A DNA stretch of 63,983 nt, the filler included, from Rhizaria sp. SCN 62-66 (taxonomy: Eukaryota): assembly GCA_001724265.1 (NCBI GenBank). It is 4 parts of 4 records of this genome, joined end to end, with 100 filler letters (N's around TTAATTAATTAA, not from the genome) between each part and the next. Parts side by side here need not be neighbours in the genome. Positions count along the whole stretch, not along the records: positions 58,729 to 63,983 come from MEDY01000641.1; 3 more parts are not named here. One strand, given 5' to 3'. The position numbers and the translations under genes were made by a program. Every line of letters begins with the position of its first letter. Position 1 is the first letter of the stretch. Below the pieces are notes generated by a model that was not told the DNA's origin, searched no databases, and saw only the letters and a program-made list of their open reading frames with translations. Positions 58,729 to 63,983 of the stretch are shown one piece after another.

Positions 58729-59678
58729 GTGAGCTGCTGGGGGACGGGGGCCTGGTACTCGCAAGCGGGCTTCTCGCAGACGAGCTCGCACTTGGGGCGG
58801 GGGCACATGAGGGGCTTGCGGCACTTCCAGTCGCAGTTGGTGGCCTCGCAAAGAGGAGCGCACTTGGGCTGGGGAGCAATGCAGGCAGTGTGGCAGACAG
58901 GGGGAGAGCAGACGGTCTCGCACTTGGGGCAGTCATCCTTCTCGCAAAGGGACTTCGGGCAGCGGACGGAGCAAGCGGGCTTCTCGCAGTGAACGTCGCA
59001 CTTGGGGCAGGGGAGCTCCTCGCACTGCATCTGGCACTTAGGGCGGGCGCAGATGGGGTGGCAGACGGCCGGGCAAGCCGGGTCGTCGCACTGCCACTTG
59101 CACACAGGGTTGCAACCCTGGACCTGTAGTTGAGAAAAAGTGTGTAAGAGAAGAGTAGAAAAGGGAGTGAGGAAGTGTTTGATGGCATGAGAAGAGGGTG
59201 GTGAAGCTGCTAAGGTCAAGGAGACAGGGCGATTCTCTCAAGCCTTGATGTGCTTCACAAACCAATGTCAATGGGATGACGTTGATTTTTAAAGAGTCTT
59301 AAGGCTGGGGAGATTCCATTAGTTGGGTCGAGGGCTCCCATTTGTGGGTTTTCCTCGCTCAATGTAGGATGGGTAAGAGGGCCAGAGGGCCAGGGAGAGG
59401 ACCCCAGTCGAGGCGACCAAGAACCAAACAAAGCCTTCAGAAGATGCATTAAAGCATCGAAGGGCAAGTGTCATTGATTTTTGGAAAGCCCCAAGCAATG
59501 AAAAAACTAACAAGAGTATCCGAACATCATATTTGGGTCTGGAACACGCCAGTAAGAGGGGAGCAAAGTGAGCATGACGAGAGGAGTGGTGCTCCTTTGG
59601 ACGAAATGAAAATCAACGTACCTCGGTGGCAAAGGTCATTGCGGCGAAGAGAGCCAAGATAAAGAGGATAACCTTCAT
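58729..59678 (-). CDS. Secreted Cys-rich protein with CxxxC/CxxxxC periodicity, 3'-truncated by gap; complement(join(<58729..59123,59622..59678))
   Basis: Exon 1 encodes signal peptide MKVILFILALFAAMTFATE. Phase-0 GTACGT...CAG intron at 59621-59124. Exon 2 has 27 Cys in about 120 residues (CNPVCKWQCDDPACPAVCHPIC...). Confidence 0.85.
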
Positions 59679-60745
59679 CTTACACACTATTTGTCAATTC
59701 GGAGAACCGATTTGGACAGGCAATGAGCGATAAAAACACGTCTTGAAATCAGGCAAGGCACCCTGCAGCCACTGCCCCCGCCCCCCTCATAGTAGCATGG
59801 TAAGCGGTCAGGTGAGTTGCTCACAGTCACCTCTCTTCAACAACGCAAAGGAGCCTTGGTCGCTAAAATGTTCCTTCGATGCAGTCCATATCGTCCAAGT
59901 TGTTAATTTTATCAGCAGCAACACATCAATAAATAATAAGATCTAAACAAAAACTACGTCATATGTCCGGAGTCTAGATAGATACGTGTAAAAATGGCTT
60001 GGAGACATATTTCCTTCCAGTCAAAGCGAGACCCCTTTGTCACTTAAATCGGATTTAAGTGTACACGAGCATGACTTAATCACTGATGTTCGTATGTCGG
60101 AAATATATTCAACTGGCTCGAACAATACTGCTCTGGAGACACATATTATCATCCTTCGTAGTGATTATAATTGTATTTTTGGTTTGTTGACTTTTACAGC
60201 AAGTCACAAACAGAGGTAAGAGGTCGCATTTCCAACAGGTACACAGCCGCATCAGCACCCACTCAAAAATTAAGATGTTAGAATGAAAGGAATGACTTAA
60301 ATGACATCAAGCCACATGCAGTATTCAGTGCCCCATGCACATACTCAGCGTGGGCGTGAACTTAAGTAAGTTCTGTAATTGCCATTCCGCCCGCAATGAT
60401 GGTGTCCGATGGTGTAACAAAGTCGAATATGACAAATGGGAAGGAACAAACGCGTAAGTGTGTGTCCACATGTCACATACAGACGCAACCAGCAGCGTAA
60501 TCTCAAAAAGCGGAGAACGGTGTTGTGCAACGGCAGGTATGCAAATATCTGTGAGGTGTCCTCTGAAACAAAGACAAAAACTGTAGAGCCTGACACACAA
60601 TGGCCTTGTCATTCAAATACAATCTTATCACGTATTCTCAACTTCAAATCTAACTAACGTTATTACAATCACTCTCATTGGTCCCATCATAAAAACGCTG
60701 GAAACTAAAATTACTCATAAAAGTTACAACAGTCGCAGCGAGCGC

Positions 60746-62671
60746 TCAATACTTATAGTGCTGATAGCGGTCCCCGCTGCGCCCGGCGCCGGCCCCGTTA
60801 GGACGCGTGCCATAGTGCACCTGCGCGGCGCCAGTCTCGACGCCGCCGAACGCGCCGCTGACGCCGACCCCGCTGACACCGCCGCCGTCGCCGTCGCCGC
60901 TGCCCGCGCCGTAGCCGTAGCCGATGAAGCCGTCACCATCGTAGAAGGGCGACTGGTACTGCTGGTGGTACACGCGCCGCTGCGGCGACACGGCGCCGCT
61001 CGCGCCGACCGCGGCCACACCAGCGCCCGCGCCTGTGGCGCCGCCATCATAGACGCCGTTACCGACCGCGGACACGGGTACGACCCCGTTGGCGGCGCCT
61101 GTGGCGTAAATGCCCTCGCCGCCGAAGCCGCCGAAGCCGTTGCCCGTGTAACCGTTACCAACGTAGCCGCCGTGGCCGCCGTAGCCCGCGCCGCCCGCGA
61201 ACATGCCCTGGTGGCCGAAGGCGCCCGAACCCGCGCCCGCGCCGCCACCGCCGCCGTCGCCGCCGCCGCCCCCGTAGCCCGAGTAGTCGAAGTAAAGGCC
61301 CTGGCCGTAGCTGTAGGCGTCGCCGCCGCCGGTGCCGCCATGGCCCGCGAGCGGCCCGCCGTCCAGGTCCGAGTACGGCACGCCGCGCACGACCGACTCG
61401 CGCGCGCCGCGGCTGCCGCTGCGCCCGCGGCCGCCGGCGCCGCTGCCCGAGTCGCCCGCAGAGTCGGAGCCGTCGTGGCCGTGGTGCGCGGCGAAGCGGC
61501 GGTGCATGCGCAGCGCATCTGCGTAACCGGGCGGGATGCAGCAGACAAAGCGGCCGACAGCGCCGAGGCAAGGCGCCGTGAAGCAGCAACCGGGCAGCCA
61601 GCGCGCGAGGATGCTGATGCCGCGCTTTGACGGCGGCCCGGCGGACCCGGCCCCAGCCCCGGCGCCAGGTCCGCCCGCGCGCAGGTAACCGTGGGCGGCG
61701 CCGGCGCCGCCGGACGCGTGAGACGCGTGGTGCAGCGGGCCGGGGGACAGCCCGTCGTGGTCGTCGAGCAGCAGGAACGGGTCGTCTGAGACGGCGTTGA
61801 GCGAGGGCCCGGTGTATCCCGCGGCGGCGACGTTGGGCGGGTTGAGGCAGGGGAAGGCCTCAGGGCAGAGGCCATTGGGGGTGGGCGGGATGGTGCGGAA
61901 GAAGGAAAGCACAAACAGCGAAGGCACAACCTCCCACCACACGAGGAGGAAGAAGGCGCGCGGCGCGACGTCGATCATGCCGTCGTCTCCGTACATGAGC
62001 GAGATGGCGAAACGCTTCTGGTCGATCGAGACGAGGATGTTGTAGATCCAGCGAGAGCAGAAGACAACCCACGCGCCCAGCGTCAGGAACGTCACCGAGC
62101 ACGGGACGGACTGGGAGGGGAAGAGCGCGGCGGCGTCGCCGGAGGTGCGCCAGAGTCGCCAGCCGTAAAAGCCGTAGACGAAGACCAAGACGGTGAACTG
62201 CGACGCCATGAAGACGTGGTGCAAGCGGGTGAGACGCTCGTCAAAGACGCACTCATCGCCACTGCGGCAGGCAATGGCAACGTAGACGCAGGTAATGATG
62301 ACGACTGAGGCGTTGACGACGCCGTAGACACCGAAATACAGGTGTCGCCGTGCCTCCCAGGTCGCCTGGTGCAGCAGGAAGGCGTAGAAGATGACTAATA
62401 GCGAAAACGTCATGAACTGCAGGTCGATTGGGAGCCAGTAAACGAGTGTAAAGGCTGCGTCTGGCATGTCTTGTCCCTTGAGGAAGAAAATGGCGCGCAG
62501 CGTGCACCAGAAGAGGCAGATGATGAGGAACCAGGCCTGGAAGGACTTGATCGGGTGGCGGTAGTAGATGATGCGGAGCAGCTGGAAGGCAGACACACAG
62601 GCCAGCACGACGTACGCCGTGACAAGCACGAGCGTAAGGACTGAGTCGATGTTGCTCAGATCCATGCCCAT
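60746..62671 (-). CDS. GPR137/TOM1-THH1 (DUF1084)-like 7-TM protein with long Gly/Tyr-rich cytosolic tail, 641 aa
   Basis: FQLLRIIYYRHPIKSFQAWFLIICLFWCTLRAIFF, YWLPIDLQFMTFSLLVIFY, FCSRWIYN and LVWWEVVPSL match GPR137-family blocks; seven hydrophobic segments; stop is TGA. Confidence 0.85.
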   Translation of the reverse strand: MGMDLSNIDSVLTLVLVTAYVVLACVSAFQLLRIIYYRHPIKSFQAWFLIICLFWCTLRAIFFLKGQDMPDAAFTLVYWLPIDLQFMTFSLLVIFYAFLLHQATWEARRHLYFGVYGVVNASVVIITCVYVAIACRSGDECVFDERLTRLHHVFMASQFTVLVFVYGFYGWRLWRTSGDAAALFPSQSVPCSVTFLTLGAWVVFCSRWIYNILVSIDQKRFAISLMYGDDGMIDVAPRAFFLLVWWEVVPSLFVLSFFRTIPPTPNGLCPEAFPCLNPPNVAAAGYTGPSLNAVSDDPFLLLDDHDGLSPGPLHHASHASGGAGAAHGYLRAGGPGAGAGAGSAGPPSKRGISILARWLPGCCFTAPCLGAVGRFVCCIPPGYADALRMHRRFAAHHGHDGSDSAGDSGSGAGGRGRSGSRGARESVVRGVPYSDLDGGPLAGHGGTGGGDAYSYGQGLYFDYSGYGGGGGDGGGGGAGAGSGAFGHQGMFAGGAGYGGHGGYVGNGYTGNGFGGFGGEGIYATGAANGVVPVSAVGNGVYDGGATGAGAGVAAVGASGAVSPQRRVYHQQYQSPFYDGDGFIGYGYGAGSGDGDGGGVSGVGVSGAFGGVETGAAQVHYGTRPNGAGAGRSGDRYQHYKY

Positions 62672-63697
62672 CTTGGTCGCAGCAAGTGACAACAGACGAA
62701 GCTGACTGTCGCTGTTCGAAGAGTTACGAGAGTTGAAGTCTCAGTAGACTGCAGTCGCAAGAAAGCTGTACAAGAGTGACACAGCAAGCAAGACAATGCT
62801 CAGATGCGTAGCGAAACTGGGGTAAGTGCAGAGCACAACTGGGACACGTACGAGCCCGCGCGACAGAGAGCGCTGGCGAGGTTGTTGTCGCAGCGACCCA
62901 GATGCTGGAGGCGGTCTGAGGTGCGCCAAGAAGAGCGTGCAACCACTAGACTAAAACACAGCGGAGCAAACGCTCTGTGTGATGTGGCTATCGCAAGCAG
63001 AAGTACGTGAAAAACGAAGCCATGAGAGTGTGAGTGGGTGATACATGGCATGGATTGCGTTGGCCAGAACAAGTCGCAATCGTGGTGAGGGGGCGACGTG
63101 GCAAAACGATAAGATTTGAGTGTAACGGCGTATAATGACCGTTAACACGAAACCCATTAAAGCAACAGATAAAATTATACGTGTTTAATACATTATTATT
63201 ATGAGTAAAGTCCTGGTGTTCGGTATGCGTCGCTAGCTGTTAGTGAACATAGGGGGTGACGAGGTTCAGACGAACAAAGCTCTGACCAGAACCACTTCAT
63301 CTCACCGACATCTAACATAAACGAGCGCCCATGGACACCGAGATTCGAGTTAATCTCAACAAAGCGGACTATTCCAAATACACAAGAGAGTCTTGTAGCG
63401 AAAATCGTGTTTTAGTAATTGCATTGTATATGTATTTATCGAGCACGCAGCACTCGCATGCGTACTACTCTCAGCAGAGCTACACCTTCCTCTCATCTTT
63501 CAATCGTTTATAGACTCACCCCGGGAGCGACTCGCAATGTAAACTCAATGCCAGCAAAGCAACAGTGGTTCAACACTCACTGTCAAAATCTTGATCGATC
63601 AGAATCAGCTTCTGCAAAGTCAAGCTTCTCTTAATGTCATCAAGTCAGCGTTGATGTTCCCGCTCGCGGTCGTCGCGTCGGTCCCCGCCCGGCCAAC

Positions 63698-63983
63698 TCA
63701 GTTATTGGCGGGCATCTGGGGCGGGGTGTCAATAGCAACAGCCTGGAAGTTGGGCGGGATGACGGGCATGAATTTGGAGTCCTTGGGGCAAAGCGCCTCG
63801 ACGCCGTCACGCACCACCGACGGCGGGTTCGCGAACAGGTTGGGGATCCACGAGCACACGGGCAGCGCAGGGCACGGCTTGACGATCTGGGGGCCCGAGG
63901 CGTCCATGTGCAGGCAGCCGTTCTTCTCCCAGTAGATGAGCGCCTTGTCGGCGCGCAGCATCGACTCGAGAATCTCGACGCAA
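63698..63983 (-). CDS. 3' end of an uncharacterised Cys-containing protein (window edge)
   Basis: Open frame CVEILESMLRADKALIYWEKNGCLHMD...KPCPALPVCSW... with coding-like codon bias, ending in TGA. Confidence 0.7.
   Translation of the reverse strand, partial: CVEILESMLRADKALIYWEKNGCLHMDASGPQIVKPCPALPVCSWIPNLFANPPSVVRDGVEALCPKDSKFMPVIPPNFQAVAIDTPPQMPANN

Noticed and set aside
57690-59678. Cys-rich secreted gene and GPI-anchored gene as one gene spanning the gap
   Set aside because: Both are on the minus strand, but codon bias differs markedly and the gap size is unknown; the gap at 39190 clearly separates different genes, so adjacency is not evidence.

Overview
Nuclear genomic DNA from a GC-rich eukaryotic microbe, not a prokaryote. 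A rhizarian/cercozoan-like protist is my guess, but the sequence alone does not prove it. The window is four contig pieces joined by three artificial 100-nt spacers (44 N + TTAATTAATTAA + 44 N). I can support about 20 protein-coding genes or gene fragments: TLC-domain membrane protein, TM9SF3, an acidic secreted protein, Spinster-type MFS transporter, FG-repeat protein, MIC10, Sin1-CRIM-like protein, TPR-like and ARM-like proteins, two unknown proteins with ciliary MIP-like motifs, RPL6 (partial), a repeat-rich protein, a bacterial-type AAA-ATPase-like/PD-(D/E)XK fusion, an FHA/coiled-coil/tail-anchored protein, THOC5, a GPI-anchored surface protein, a Cys-rich secreted protein, a GPR137-like protein and a partial terminal gene. 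Two window-wide signals stand out. (1) A probable non-standard nuclear genetic code: 6-7 in-frame TAG codons interrupt three otherwise continuous genes, while all 18 gene ends I could define use TAA (6) or TGA (12) and none uses TAG. (2) All 16 introns I could reconstruct by frame restoration begin with an invariant GTACG donor. Protein family calls come from motifs recognised by eye; no database search was run.
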